Of a stretch of 43,732 bases of DNA, positions 1 through 8,803 are shown piece after piece; position 1 is the first letter of the stretch, and the number at the start of each line of letters is the position of its first letter. The DNA is from Candidatus Woesearchaeota archaeon (GTDB lineage: Archaea > Nanobdellota > Nanobdellia > CAZCWL01), in assembly GCA_964502435.1 (NCBI GenBank), contig CAZCWL010000002.1, forward strand, positions 1-43,732, in the 5' to 3' direction. Made by a program: the position numbers and the translations under genes. The notes under the pieces were generated by a model, which was given only the letters and a program-made list of their open reading frames with translations, did not search any database and had not been told where the DNA came from.

Positions 1-1
1 A

Positions 2-202
2 AAAGGTCATGGTGCTAGTGTATCAAATGTTCGTAGACACCTACGCAGGTTAGTCAAGATAGGATTAATAAAAAAATACTACATTCATGAGCCATTATAC
101 TTATCAGTCTCAGAGTATTTAACCAAAGAGTTGGTGGCGTGTAAAATTCGGTTGAAGAAGTGTGCGGAGATAATAGATTCACTTCTTTCTGATAATGGCT
201 AG
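2..202 (+). CDS. partial winged-helix DNA-binding protein (N-terminus lies outside the window)
   Basis: Frame 2 is open from the window edge to TAG at 200-202. The translation ...GASVSNVRRHLRRLVKIGLIKKYYIHEPLYL... resembles the recognition helix plus wing of a wHTH regulator. It is absent from the ORF track because no start codon lies in the window. Confidence 0.4.
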   Translation, partial: KGHGASVSNVRRHLRRLVKIGLIKKYYIHEPLYLSVSEYLTKELVACKIRLKKCAEIIDSLLSDNG

Positions 203-469
203 AGCTTTTCTTAGATACTCAGCCAGCTCTTTTCCATCCTTTGTCAGCTTGACGAGTTTTAATCTACCTTGCTTTTTAAACTCGACTAAGCCAGCCTCCA
301 TGAGTTTTTGGAGTGTTTTTACAGTATGAGAATAAGTACAGTCAACTTCCTTTGCGATAATGGATACATACTTGGCAGATTTTTTATCGTGGAGTAATCC
401 CACTAACATCCTAACGGGTTTTGTCCTCAGGAGAATTCTTTCCAGACTTTTTTCCTTAGTAGCTCTCAT
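179..469 (-). CDS. small winged-helix (MarR/ArsR-like) transcriptional regulator
   Basis: 96 aa. The segment YVSIIAKEVDCTYSHTVKTLQKLMEAGLVEFKKQGRLKLVKLTKDG fits HTH plus beta-wing. It converges on and overlaps the previous partial ORF by 24 nt. Confidence 0.6.
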   Translation of the reverse strand: MRATKEKSLERILLRTKPVRMLVGLLHDKKSAKYVSIIAKEVDCTYSHTVKTLQKLMEAGLVEFKKQGRLKLVKLTKDGKELAEYLRKALAIIRKK

Positions 470-516
470 GTGTGTTAGGATAGTTATATTCCTTTATATA
501 GTTTTTGAGTTAGAAG

Positions 517-588
517 CGCCTGGGGACGGATTCGAACCGTCGACCTGCCGGTTAACAGCCGGCCGCTCCACCACTAAGCTACCCAGGC
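517..588 (-). tRNA. tRNA-Asn (anticodon GTT), no encoded CCA
   Basis: The reverse complement folds as a 72-nt cloverleaf: acceptor GCCTGGG/CCCAGGC, D stem GCTT/GAGC, anticodon stem GCCGG/CCGGC with loop CTGTTAA, T arm GACGG-TTCGAAT-CCGTC, discriminator G. Confidence 0.9.
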
Positions 589-621
589 ATGAAATGCATT
601 AAACGCTACGGTTTAAAAATT

Positions 622-1719
622 TTACTCAATGAAGTCTTTGTTTTTTATTTTCTTTGGTAGGTACTCTTTTGCCATGAACTCTAGTCCTTTTCCAACAAGT
701 GCATCTTGTTCTATTTTGTATTTAAATTTAATGAGGTTGTCTATCTCTTTTTGCCACTCTTTTGATTGGAACCATGGGTAAGTTTTCAATTCCTTTGCTC
801 TTTTTATATCCCACTCACTCTGTCTTTCCCAGTAATTTCTTCCTATACCAAACTCTTTTATGTCCTTTGTCATGAATCCAATAAATTTAGCTGTTGGAAC
901 TGCTGACTTCTCCGAGAAGAAAGCCAGATTCATTGATCCATACTTGTAAACAGAGTATATGTAGTAACCTGCTGCATCTAAGTCTGTGAATATGTATATC
1001 GGTAGTTTAAGTTCTGTAGCGAATCTGCTTAACAGTCTTCTCTCTGCTCTTGCTGCTTGACCTTTTCCTGTCATGAGAATGCAATTATTCTCCTTCCAGA
1101 ACCTATACTCATTGAGAAGGTTCCAAGTTGCAAACTTCTCAACGACCAGAACATACTTTGCCTTTACACGCTTGAATTTAAACACGTCTGGCTCTACTTT
1201 TGCTGGTATTGCTCCACCAGCAGCTCCCATTTTGGAATAGTCAAGTACATCTCCTGTTGTTGTGTCCTCGACTTGTATGTCACCTGCTAGTACACCGTTT
1301 GGTGTTGGGATTAGGTTTAATTTCTCTCTTAATGCATCTAGTACAACCTCTAGATCTTCAATAACTGAGTCTGTCTCCTTTTGATTGTCAACTGCACTTT
1401 CTTTGAGTCCTGGTATCTCATGCCTATTTAGGTAGAACATCTGTCTGGTGCTTATTGTTTTATTCTCTATCAACAGTTTTTTTATCTTCTCAGCTACAAG
1501 AAGCGTTTGCATGAAGCTTCTTGCTGTTGCTGAGTTTAAGAAGTATCTATCTAACTTTTTGTCTCCTAACAGTATCATCTTCTTTTGTTCGTCATACCAT
1601 ACGTTTGACCTGTTACGTATAGGCACTCTTATGCTAGGATTCTTCATCTCTTCAAGAGCGTCTATTATATCCCTTCCAAGTTTTTCTAGTTTTTTTATTA
1701 TGATCTCCCTTTCTTTCAT
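622..1719 (-). CDS. top6A: DNA topoisomerase VI subunit A (Spo11-like)
   Basis: 365 aa with overall Top6A/Spo11 layout, including a Toprim-like segment (LVVEKFATWNLL ... IFTDLDAAGYYIYSVYKYGS). Its ATG immediately follows the top6B stop codon. Confidence 0.92.
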   Translation of the reverse strand: MKEREIIIKKLEKLGRDIIDALEEMKNPSIRVPIRNRSNVWYDEQKKMILLGDKKLDRYFLNSATARSFMQTLLVAEKIKKLLIENKTISTRQMFYLNRHEIPGLKESAVDNQKETDSVIEDLEVVLDALREKLNLIPTPNGVLAGDIQVEDTTTGDVLDYSKMGAAGGAIPAKVEPDVFKFKRVKAKYVLVVEKFATWNLLNEYRFWKENNCILMTGKGQAARAERRLLSRFATELKLPIYIFTDLDAAGYYIYSVYKYGSMNLAFFSEKSAVPTAKFIGFMTKDIKEFGIGRNYWERQSEWDIKRAKELKTYPWFQSKEWQKEIDNLIKFKYKIEQDALVGKGLEFMAKEYLPKKIKNKDFIE

Positions 1720-3492
1720 TTATTCCACCTTTGCTTTATACTTTGATTCTATCAATTTTTTAATAGCTTTTATTATTTTTTCTTGCGGTACCCCTGTTAA
1801 GTTTGATAATGCATACGCAACCTCTTCTCCATACGCTACAAATCTAGCTGCTCTTTCCTTTTTCATGATCTCTCTATGTTTACCGCTTAGATACCTTTTA
1901 AGTCCTCTTGCAGCGTCTTGCAGCGCAAGCTTTATTTCCTTTATTATTACAGGGTAGTTGGCTATTGCTGATTTGCCCTCTGATGTGTATGGTACCCACA
2001 CACTTGCAAGGTGAACTAGTACAACTAGTGGTGCTTGGGGCAGTCCGCTTTGTGACTCCTGAATGTTATACCTTTTCCACCCAACCTGGTTTACAGCTTT
2101 TACTATAGCTCCTGATGATTGATCGTACTGAAGGGGTATCTTGTTTGCATATCTCAAAAGTTGGAATTGTTTTATCTCTCCTCCATATGCTAACCCTACT
2201 TCTACTTGGAATGGTATTCCCCTGTAGACTGTTGGAGGCCTTGTGAGTGTGATAGCGAATTCAGCGCCAGTGTCCTTCCTTAAACTTTTTTCCAGTAACT
2301 CTGCACCAATTGGTGATAAGCAGTTTGTGGGGGGTTTTAACAATTTCTCTCTTTGCAGGGCTTTTAGTATTCTCTCCGCTTCATCTCTTGTTATGTCTGA
2401 TGGTCTTTTATTGTCTATACCAGCTTTTTCTAAAACCCTTTTAGCAACTGCTTCACTCACTCTTGAAAGTTCTTTGCTCAGGAACTCTTGAACACTCCTT
2501 CTCTTTGTGTACTTGAGCATTTTTATAAGCATTCCTAACTCAAGACCGTAGGGGTGGGGTTTTATCTCCATTGGTTCCTTTGGAAAAACGTCTGTTGTCC
2601 TCTTAAATACAAACTTGTTACTACTTGGGTCAATGAAGGTTATTGTTGCGTGAGGATTCACTATGGCTGTTCTTCTTATATACTCGTAAACAGATTTTTC
2701 ACCTTTAGATAAATAAATCCCTTCTAGTTCTATTTCTATCTGTGTTCCGTGCTCATTGCTAAACTCAACTTCTTTCGTGCTTATGATCTCTGGCTTGTTT
2801 TTTGACGTGTCAATCATAACCTCAACACGATACGCCTTTTTTCCTTTGATCTTTGAGGTTATCACTGCAGGTCTCCCTGTTGTTATCTGGCCGTAAAGAA
2901 CTGCGGCTGTTATACCAATGCCTTGTTGTCCTCTTGATTGTTTTAACCTATGAAATTTGCTTCCGTATAATAACTTTCCGAATATATTTGGTATGTTCTC
3001 TTTAGATATGCCTGGGCCATTGTCCCTAACTGTTACCCTGTATTTAGATGAGTTCAGTTTGGTATCATATATTTTATTATCCACGTAAACAGACATCCTT
3101 TCATTGTTTGTTACTATCTTTATTTTATGCCCATCGACTTCAAAGTTATGTCCAGCATACTTACTTCTGAAGCTTGCTCTCATTCCCTCAAATATTATGC
3201 TGTAGTTATCTCCCCTCTTTACGACTTCACCCACTGCAATGTTGTTTTTTATGATGTGATAAACATCTTCTGTTTTTTCAACCTTTACTAATATGTCTGG
3301 AGTGGGTGCCTTTCCTTTTGATATGTAGTAGTATTCTTCACACGCGTCAAGTGCATTGTCAACTGCCTCTTTTACCGTAGTAAGCAGTGCTTTTATTCTA
3401 GAATCAAATCCGAGGAGGTGTCTATTTTTTTCAAAGAATTCTGATATAGATATCTCTCTTAAGTTCTTTGCAAGATCATCAACCGTGCTCAT
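1720..3492 (-). CDS. top6B: DNA topoisomerase VI subunit B (GHKL ATPase)
   Basis: 590 aa. Bergerat-fold motifs are present: N-box EAVDNALDA, G1 DNGPGI, G2 GQQGIGITAAVLY. YANKIPL and HLASVWVPYTSEGK are typical of the transducer domain. It sits in an operon with top6A. Confidence 0.92.
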   Translation of the reverse strand: MSTVDDLAKNLREISISEFFEKNRHLLGFDSRIKALLTTVKEAVDNALDACEEYYYISKGKAPTPDILVKVEKTEDVYHIIKNNIAVGEVVKRGDNYSIIFEGMRASFRSKYAGHNFEVDGHKIKIVTNNERMSVYVDNKIYDTKLNSSKYRVTVRDNGPGISKENIPNIFGKLLYGSKFHRLKQSRGQQGIGITAAVLYGQITTGRPAVITSKIKGKKAYRVEVMIDTSKNKPEIISTKEVEFSNEHGTQIEIELEGIYLSKGEKSVYEYIRRTAIVNPHATITFIDPSSNKFVFKRTTDVFPKEPMEIKPHPYGLELGMLIKMLKYTKRRSVQEFLSKELSRVSEAVAKRVLEKAGIDNKRPSDITRDEAERILKALQREKLLKPPTNCLSPIGAELLEKSLRKDTGAEFAITLTRPPTVYRGIPFQVEVGLAYGGEIKQFQLLRYANKIPLQYDQSSGAIVKAVNQVGWKRYNIQESQSGLPQAPLVVLVHLASVWVPYTSEGKSAIANYPVIIKEIKLALQDAARGLKRYLSGKHREIMKKERAARFVAYGEEVAYALSNLTGVPQEKIIKAIKKLIESKYKAKVE

Positions 3493-3991
3493 CTTTCTTT
3501 AACCTCCTATCTAAGTACTTGTATACAGTCCCATGCTGTGCACCTCTGAGAAGCATGTCCACAGCACTTTTTGCACTTCCTATATCCTTTTCATCGCCTA
3601 TTATACTTATAGTTTTCCCAAATACTTCGATGTCACACTTAGTTTTCTCTTCTATTTTCCTTCTACTCTTTCCTTCTCTGCCTATAACTCTACCTCTTAA
3701 TCGAATGAAATCATTATCTGTTGAGCCATAATCCCTTAATTCCACTATGTCTAACATTGTTGTGTCATTAAATAGTTTCACGGCCTTTTCTGGTGAGAAC
3801 CCTCTCCCTATTGCTTTAACAACTTGCACTGCTTTGTAGAACAGGAATGGTTCTTCTCCTTGCACTGTTACAATGTTGTCTTTTATTCCGAGTTTAACCT
3901 TACCTCTTCTTTCTATCTCTCTCTTTGTTTCCCCTTTTTTTCCTATCAGTACAGCAACCCGTTGATGCGGTATTTTTATTGTTTGCTCCAT
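3479..3991 (-). CDS. KH-domain RNA-binding protein (archaeal Dim2/Pno1-like)
   Basis: 170 aa with two KH-like GxxG segments (IGKKGETKREIE, IGREGKSRRKIE). It occupies the conserved archaeal aIF1A-Rio1-KH gene order. Confidence 0.8.
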   Translation of the reverse strand: MEQTIKIPHQRVAVLIGKKGETKREIERRGKVKLGIKDNIVTVQGEEPFLFYKAVQVVKAIGRGFSPEKAVKLFNDTTMLDIVELRDYGSTDNDFIRLRGRVIGREGKSRRKIEEKTKCDIEVFGKTISIIGDEKDIGSAKSAVDMLLRGAQHGTVYKYLDRRLKKDEHG

Positions 3992-4650
3992 TTTACATCA
4001 CTTTCTACCTTAACACCTAACTTTTTGAAGTAGTTATTTATATTTGTTATGTCTCTTTCTAGCATGGTTCTAGCAAGCGGATGATCCAATGGCACTGCTT
4101 GTGAGACATCTATCACAACTGGTTTCCCGTTGTTTAGTATGTTAAACTCGTTTAGGTCTCCGTGCACTAGTCCTTTCTTTCTGTAAAGATCTTTAATAAA
4201 ATTTATTATCGCATCGTACCACTCTTTTGGATTTTCTGGTGGTTTATCTTTTATACTTGGTGCTGGTACTCCATTATTGCCTATGAATTCCATTATTAGT
4301 ACATTGTTTCTCTGTGCTATGGGTTTTGGAGTCATACCTAAGTCATACATCTCTAAAAGGTTTCTGTACTCTTTCTTGCACCAGTTAAGTATGATATCCC
4401 TTTTGCTTTGCTTTATGTTTTCAAATCTTCTATCACCTATAATGTACTTTCTCATCGTGTTAAACTCAGATGTGTTCATGAAGTATATCTTTATTGCTAC
4501 CCACTCTTTATTTCTACCAGAGATGACGAGCCCTTCTTTACCAGAACTTACAGTTGACCATAGCGTGTCAAAGTAACCATCATTTGACAGCTTGTACAAT
4601 GTTTTTAGCGTGTAGGTATCAAATACCAAGTTCTCTGTTTTGTCCTTCAT
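3976..4650 (-). CDS. rio1: RIO-type serine/threonine protein kinase (Rio1-like, no N-terminal wHTH)
   Basis: 224 aa. Motifs: SSGKEGLV (P-loop-like), VAIKIY, LVHGDLNEFNIL (catalytic loop), VIDVSQAV (metal-binding loop). Confidence 0.85.
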   Translation of the reverse strand: MKDKTENLVFDTYTLKTLYKLSNDGYFDTLWSTVSSGKEGLVISGRNKEWVAIKIYFMNTSEFNTMRKYIIGDRRFENIKQSKRDIILNWCKKEYRNLLEMYDLGMTPKPIAQRNNVLIMEFIGNNGVPAPSIKDKPPENPKEWYDAIINFIKDLYRKKGLVHGDLNEFNILNNGKPVVIDVSQAVPLDHPLARTMLERDITNINNYFKKLGVKVESDVKWSKQ

Positions 4651-4931
4651 AGATTGTTTAAGAATCCCTTACTTCTTAAATATTCTGTCTGGGTTTTGTT
4701 GTAGCGGTACACAATGTCTCCTCTTTCATCACCTTGCAAATCCCATTTTTTAACGAGTACAACATTACCTTGTTTTATCCACAACCTTCGTCTTAACTTT
4801 CCTGGAACACGACATATCCTTTCCTTTCCATCTGAGCATTTAACCTTGAATCTAGCTCCACCTAACAATTGATCTACTACTCCAAATAGTTCTCCTTCTC
4901 TTGGCATTCTAACTCTTATTGGTTCGTCCAT
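4647..4931 (-). CDS. eif1a: translation initiation factor aIF-1A
   Basis: 94 aa. The S1/OB segment GELFGVVDQLLGGARFKVKCSDGKERICRVPGKLRRRLWIKQGNVVLV is typical of aIF1A. Confidence 0.9.
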   Translation of the reverse strand: MDEPIRVRMPREGELFGVVDQLLGGARFKVKCSDGKERICRVPGKLRRRLWIKQGNVVLVKKWDLQGDERGDIVYRYNKTQTEYLRSKGFLNNL

Positions 4932-5203
4932 ACTTTCACCATCTGTGCATGTGGTTCATTTTCTATGTATGTAATACTGTTTCTGTCTATAAAATTGTTT
5001 TGTATCAGAAACTCCACAGTTTCTTTTCCGATTGCGTTTATTATTGTTGCACTTTTTAGTGTAGCTAGCACTTCTTCTGCTGATGTCTTCTTTCCATTGT
5101 AAAATCTTCCCACTTTGAATGTTCCTAACTTCTTTCCGAGAAGTTTATCATCGCATAGAGCTACGATTATCTCTCCGTTGACTTCATGAATTTTCATGAT
5201 CAT
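4916..5203 (-). CDS. DUF424-family protein
   Basis: 95 aa. The N-terminus MKIHEVNGEIIVALCDDKLLGKK and its position next to aIF2-beta match the archaeal DUF424 family as I remember it. Confidence 0.55.
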   Translation of the reverse strand: MIMKIHEVNGEIIVALCDDKLLGKKLGTFKVGRFYNGKKTSAEEVLATLKSATIINAIGKETVEFLIQNNFIDRNSITYIENEPHAQMVKVWTNQ

Positions 5204-5613
5204 TTAATGCTCACCACCGGTGTTCTTGCTCCGCATGCTAGACATCTCTTAAACGTTATTCTCCCTTCTTTTTCCAACACCGTGTCAGCGTGCTTGCATT
5301 CTTTACACAACACATACTCTTCTACATACTGTTCAAGTTTGTGTTGTACTCTTTCTTTTTGTATTCTTGATAGAATCCTAACTTGATTTCCCTTCTCCTC
5401 TAATGGTGCTGCCAACTCTCGTGTTAAGAACTTTATAATATGCTTTGGGTCTCGGTTTAAGTACTTTGCAACATTGTAGAAGTTTTTGAGTATGGTTACC
5501 CTGCCTTGGTAACTTATATCAAACTTAGGCATGGAAAACCTTTCAACCGTAACTTTAACTAGCTTAGCATCCTTCCTTGCCATGTCTAATAATTTTTTAT
5601 AGTCATAATCCAT
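5200..5613 (-). CDS. eif2b: translation initiation factor aIF-2 beta subunit
   Basis: C-terminal zinc ribbon CKECKHADT...CLACGA. The N-terminus YDYKKLLDMARK is typical. The track start at 5616 is TTG, and an ATG at 5613 overlaps the upstream stop codon. Confidence 0.88.
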   Translation of the reverse strand: MDYDYKKLLDMARKDAKLVKVTVERFSMPKFDISYQGRVTILKNFYNVAKYLNRDPKHIIKFLTRELAAPLEEKGNQVRILSRIQKERVQHKLEQYVEEYVLCKECKHADTVLEKEGRITFKRCLACGARTPVVSIK

Positions 5614-6182
5614 CAAATCACCTTGTAAACACCTTTCTCTGGCTCGTATATCTCACCGTTAACCATCAATTCGTTTATTATATCCTTTACATTTACGTCT
5701 TTAAAAACCTTCTCAAGCTCTTCTAACTTTACACCATTACTACTTTTTATAGTGTTTAGTATCTCCTTTCTGTAATCTTTTTTCTTACTCATGTGCATTT
5801 TGTCCTTGTTCTTTAGGTAGTTAATCTTGTGTAGCATCTCGCTATGGAAGTCTACCTTTCTGACAATGTCTGCTGCAATGTGTAGTTCGTTATTAAAGTA
5901 TCCGATTCTTCCGAGTATGTTCACAATATCCCCTTCAGATATGTGTTTTATTTGATTTACTGTGTCTTTGAAGAATTTTGCTCTTATGGTTTCTGTGCTG
6001 TCATCTATGACCAGCACACCATAGTTCTCATACTCATTTTTTCTTACTACTACACCTGTTATGTCCACACGTTCTACAGGAGTGTTATTTATTATGATCT
6101 TTGGCCTCTCATCTGTATTTAACTCCCCATTTATTATTTCTTTTATCACCAGTCTGTAGGATACGGGCCTATTTGTAAACAT
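5613..6182 (-). CDS. RPA32/Stn1-like OB-fold protein with C-terminal winged helix
   Basis: 189 aa. OB-fold signature VERVDITGVVVRKNEYENYGVLVIDDSTETIRAKFF...GDIVNILGRIGYFNNELHI. The C-terminal 50 aa look like a wH domain (LEELEKVF...NGEIYEPEKGVYKVI). It lies directly downstream of mcm. Confidence 0.6.
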   Translation of the reverse strand: MFTNRPVSYRLVIKEIINGELNTDERPKIIINNTPVERVDITGVVVRKNEYENYGVLVIDDSTETIRAKFFKDTVNQIKHISEGDIVNILGRIGYFNNELHIAADIVRKVDFHSEMLHKINYLKNKDKMHMSKKKDYRKEILNTIKSSNGVKLEELEKVFKDVNVKDIINELMVNGEIYEPEKGVYKVI

Positions 6183-6190
6183 CTAATCAC

Positions 6191-8215
6191 CTAAAATGAT
6201 TTCTTTATGTAACCTGGTTTAGGTTCATATATCTCCCCTACTCTTGCTAGCTCATTTAGGATTTTCTCTGTGTCCTTTGGATCAACTCCCATTTCTTGTG
6301 CTGTTTCTATTATCATTCTTACAGACACCCCGTCCTTGTATGTGGCTGTTAGAGAGTTTATCACGTCTCTTACCTTGTACGTCTTGCTTCTTTTTTCTGC
6401 GGAATGACCTGTTACTCTGTCAATGTCAAACTCTCCAGTCTCATCCATTGCTACTTCTTTTAATGATTCACTTAGTAGTCTTATTGCTCTTTCTGCGTCT
6501 TCAGCTGTTACCTCTTCGCTTAATCTTATTCTGGCGCTTGCTTCAGCCATTCTTATAAGTGCTTCTAACTGTCTTGGAGATATGGGGATCTTTCTTATCT
6601 CTTCTTCTACATTTACTCGTCTGTTCCTTAACTTTACAAAGTACTCAACTATCTTGTCCTCTGCTGCCTTTGTAAGTTTTGGTTGAACATGAGTTTTGGC
6701 ATAGGCTATGTACTTTCTAAGTGTGTCTTTGTCTATTGCAGGCTCTACTGCTTCAGGGTTCTCATGTATACTGAGTACATACCTTGCTAACTTTTCATCT
6801 GATGTCTTGCTTGGAACATCTCTTATTGTGTATATCAAGTCAAATCTGTTTATTAGTGGGGGTGGTAGGTCTATCTGGTCAGCGAGTGGTTCTCTTGGAT
6901 CAAATCTTCCTAGTCTTGGATTTGCAGCGGCCAAGACTGTTGTTTCACACCTTAGAGTAGCATGAACATTAGCTTTTGCAATAGAGATGGTTTGTTGTTC
7001 CATTGCTTCGTGCATAGCAACAGTGTCATGTTTTTCCATTTTGTCGATCTCATCAACACATACTATTCCTTTATTTGTTAATGGTAATGCACCAGCTTCT
7101 AGTATCCATCCTCCACCAGCAAAATCATCTTTTGTTACAGTGGCTGTTAGTCCTGCACCTGATGCACCTTTACCTGATACGTATCTTGCTTTTGGAGCAA
7201 TGTTTGATACGTACCTTAACAGTTGTGATTTTGCTGTTCCTGGATCTCCGACCAACAGGATGTGAATATCCCCTCTTGTCCATGTGCCGTCTGGTCTTTT
7301 CTTTCTTACGCCTCCAAAGAGTTGTAGCACGATCGATTCTTTTATTTCATCGTATCCGTATATTGTTGGAGCAACAGAGTTTATCAGCTTCGTGTTTAAG
7401 TCTTTATCCTTTGAGAGCTCTCTTATCTTCTTTTCATCCTCTTTTGTGATCTCTATCTCCTCAAACTCTCTTTCTATTGGAGTGACGTTGTTTGCTTCTA
7501 TGAAGAGATCAAATCTAGTAGATTCTCCGCCACGCACGTATGTAGGCGTTTCTTTTACTACGCCTACTAATTCTATTTTTGAACCAGGAGTTATGCTTTT
7601 TTGCATTTTTGGATGGACTAGATCCTCCTTGAGGAATGCATCAATCCTTTTAGGCTGCTCACCACCCTCTAGTGCTTCTGGACTCTCTTCAATTGTGATT
7701 TTCTGCGTGTCAACAAATTCCTTTTTGACGATTTTAAATCTGCCTCTCTTACCACACGATGGACACAGTTCTGGTTTTTTCAGTTTTACATCGTCTTGTG
7801 GCACATCTATTAGTGTTCCACACGACGGGCACTGAAACGTTCCAACTACTAATGTTGGTCTAACATCTGTTGCCATTCTTATTATCCCAGATATAACTAT
7901 CAGTTTCCCGATGTGATTACTCCTTATGTTGCTGATCTTAACCTTGCTTGTCTCTGGCAGGTTTGTGAATCTGACTTTTGGTGGTTGGCCTTCTTCTAGT
8001 ATCTCTGTCTCTTCAACAGCTGCATTAAATCCTTCTATCACTCTTTCTGCATCGTCTAGAAGCAGCTCTGCTAGCTCTGGATCAAACTTGTCTAGCTTTT
8101 CAAAGTCAATAACGAGGGAGAACTTCTCATCAGACATAGCTACCTCTGATAATTCCTTTAAGTAATTCTGTTCTATGAACTCTACAGCTCTTCTAATTAT
8201 CTCTTCCTTTTCCAA
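6191..8215 (-). CDS. mcm: MCM replicative helicase
   Basis: 674 aa. C4 zinc finger CPSCG...CPSCG, Walker A GDPGTAKS, Walker B CVDEIDKM, arginine-finger region NRFDLIY, C-terminal wH domain. The start codon is TTG, preceded by an SD-like GGGGGTG 5 nt upstream. Confidence 0.95.
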   Translation of the reverse strand: MEKEEIIRRAVEFIEQNYLKELSEVAMSDEKFSLVIDFEKLDKFDPELAELLLDDAERVIEGFNAAVEETEILEEGQPPKVRFTNLPETSKVKISNIRSNHIGKLIVISGIIRMATDVRPTLVVGTFQCPSCGTLIDVPQDDVKLKKPELCPSCGKRGRFKIVKKEFVDTQKITIEESPEALEGGEQPKRIDAFLKEDLVHPKMQKSITPGSKIELVGVVKETPTYVRGGESTRFDLFIEANNVTPIEREFEEIEITKEDEKKIRELSKDKDLNTKLINSVAPTIYGYDEIKESIVLQLFGGVRKKRPDGTWTRGDIHILLVGDPGTAKSQLLRYVSNIAPKARYVSGKGASGAGLTATVTKDDFAGGGWILEAGALPLTNKGIVCVDEIDKMEKHDTVAMHEAMEQQTISIAKANVHATLRCETTVLAAANPRLGRFDPREPLADQIDLPPPLINRFDLIYTIRDVPSKTSDEKLARYVLSIHENPEAVEPAIDKDTLRKYIAYAKTHVQPKLTKAAEDKIVEYFVKLRNRRVNVEEEIRKIPISPRQLEALIRMAEASARIRLSEEVTAEDAERAIRLLSESLKEVAMDETGEFDIDRVTGHSAEKRSKTYKVRDVINSLTATYKDGVSVRMIIETAQEMGVDPKDTEKILNELARVGEIYEPKPGYIKKSF

Positions 8216-8260
8216 CCCAACACCCCCATTTTCCGTGGTACTGCTGATTTATGTTGTTTT

Positions 8261-8803
8261 CTATTGCAGCTTTTCCAACTTTTTTTTCAGCTCGCGTACT
8301 GCCTTCTTGATCTGTGACTCCTTTTTTCCACCTGTACACACTATCTTCCCTGTGCCAAACAGAAGGAATGTTATTGTTGAATTTGGAACATGGTAAACCA
8401 TGCCTGGAAACTGCTCTGGTTCGTACTCTGCGGTCTCTAGCTTAAATGCCAGTTTGTTAAGATTCAATTTCATTCCTAGACTTCCTGACGCTACCATGTT
8501 TTCTACTCTCCATGTTGGCCTCTTCGTAATTTTTATTCCTATCTTTTTTAATTCCTTTACTACCATGTTAACTGCTTTTTGTACCTCGTCTTCACTTTTT
8601 GTACCCGTTAACACTATGTTCCCGGATGCAAAGATTAACGCTGTTACTCTCTCACCTTTCTTCTCATTAAGTCTTAGTACTAATCCAGGAAACTGCTCTG
8701 GATTGTACTCTGTGTTTGGTAATCTCCTTGCCGCTTTCTCCAGAGGTATTTCTTTGTGTAAAGAAGCGCTTATTACAATGTTTTCTATTTTAGTGCTTGC
8801 CAT
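8261..8803 (-). CDS. tbp: TATA-box binding protein
   Basis: Two direct TBP repeats (IENIVISASL... and VENMVASGSL...). The track start at 8809 is TTG. An ATG at 8803 is preceded by AGGTGGGGG, and the gene overlaps the ileS 3' end. Confidence 0.93.
   Translation of the reverse strand: MASTKIENIVISASLHKEIPLEKAARRLPNTEYNPEQFPGLVLRLNEKKGERVTALIFASGNIVLTGTKSEDEVQKAVNMVVKELKKIGIKITKRPTWRVENMVASGSLGMKLNLNKLAFKLETAEYEPEQFPGMVYHVPNSTITFLLFGTGKIVCTGGKKESQIKKAVRELKKKLEKLQ

Noticed and set aside
517-588. An integrated mobile element or provirus using tRNA-Asn or tRNA-Tyr (37249-37340) as an attachment site.
   Set aside because: The window has no integrase, recombinase or transposase ORF. I saw no direct repeat of either tRNA 3' half nearby, and the flanking genes are core housekeeping genes.
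360-602. 80-aa plus-strand ORF covering the regulator gene and tRNA-Asn.
   Set aside because: It is antisense to the wHTH CDS and reads straight through a canonical tRNA gene, so it is almost certainly spurious.
3043-3255. Possibility that the extra Top6B segment is an intein.
   Set aside because: There is no Cys/Ser/Thr at the N-terminal junction, no terminal His-Asn followed by Cys/Ser/Thr, no homing-endonuclease motifs, and it is far too short. It is treated as an insertion domain instead.
7284-7835. 183-aa plus-strand ORF inside mcm. The same pattern applies to 6244-6558, 6423-6686, 6708-6965, 6987-7265, 7075-7449 and 7926-8165.
   Set aside because: These ORFs are antisense to a very well supported MCM CDS. 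Their translations are S/L/F/I-rich low-complexity strings, typical of shadow ORFs in AT-rich genes, and they lack any RBS or promoter context.
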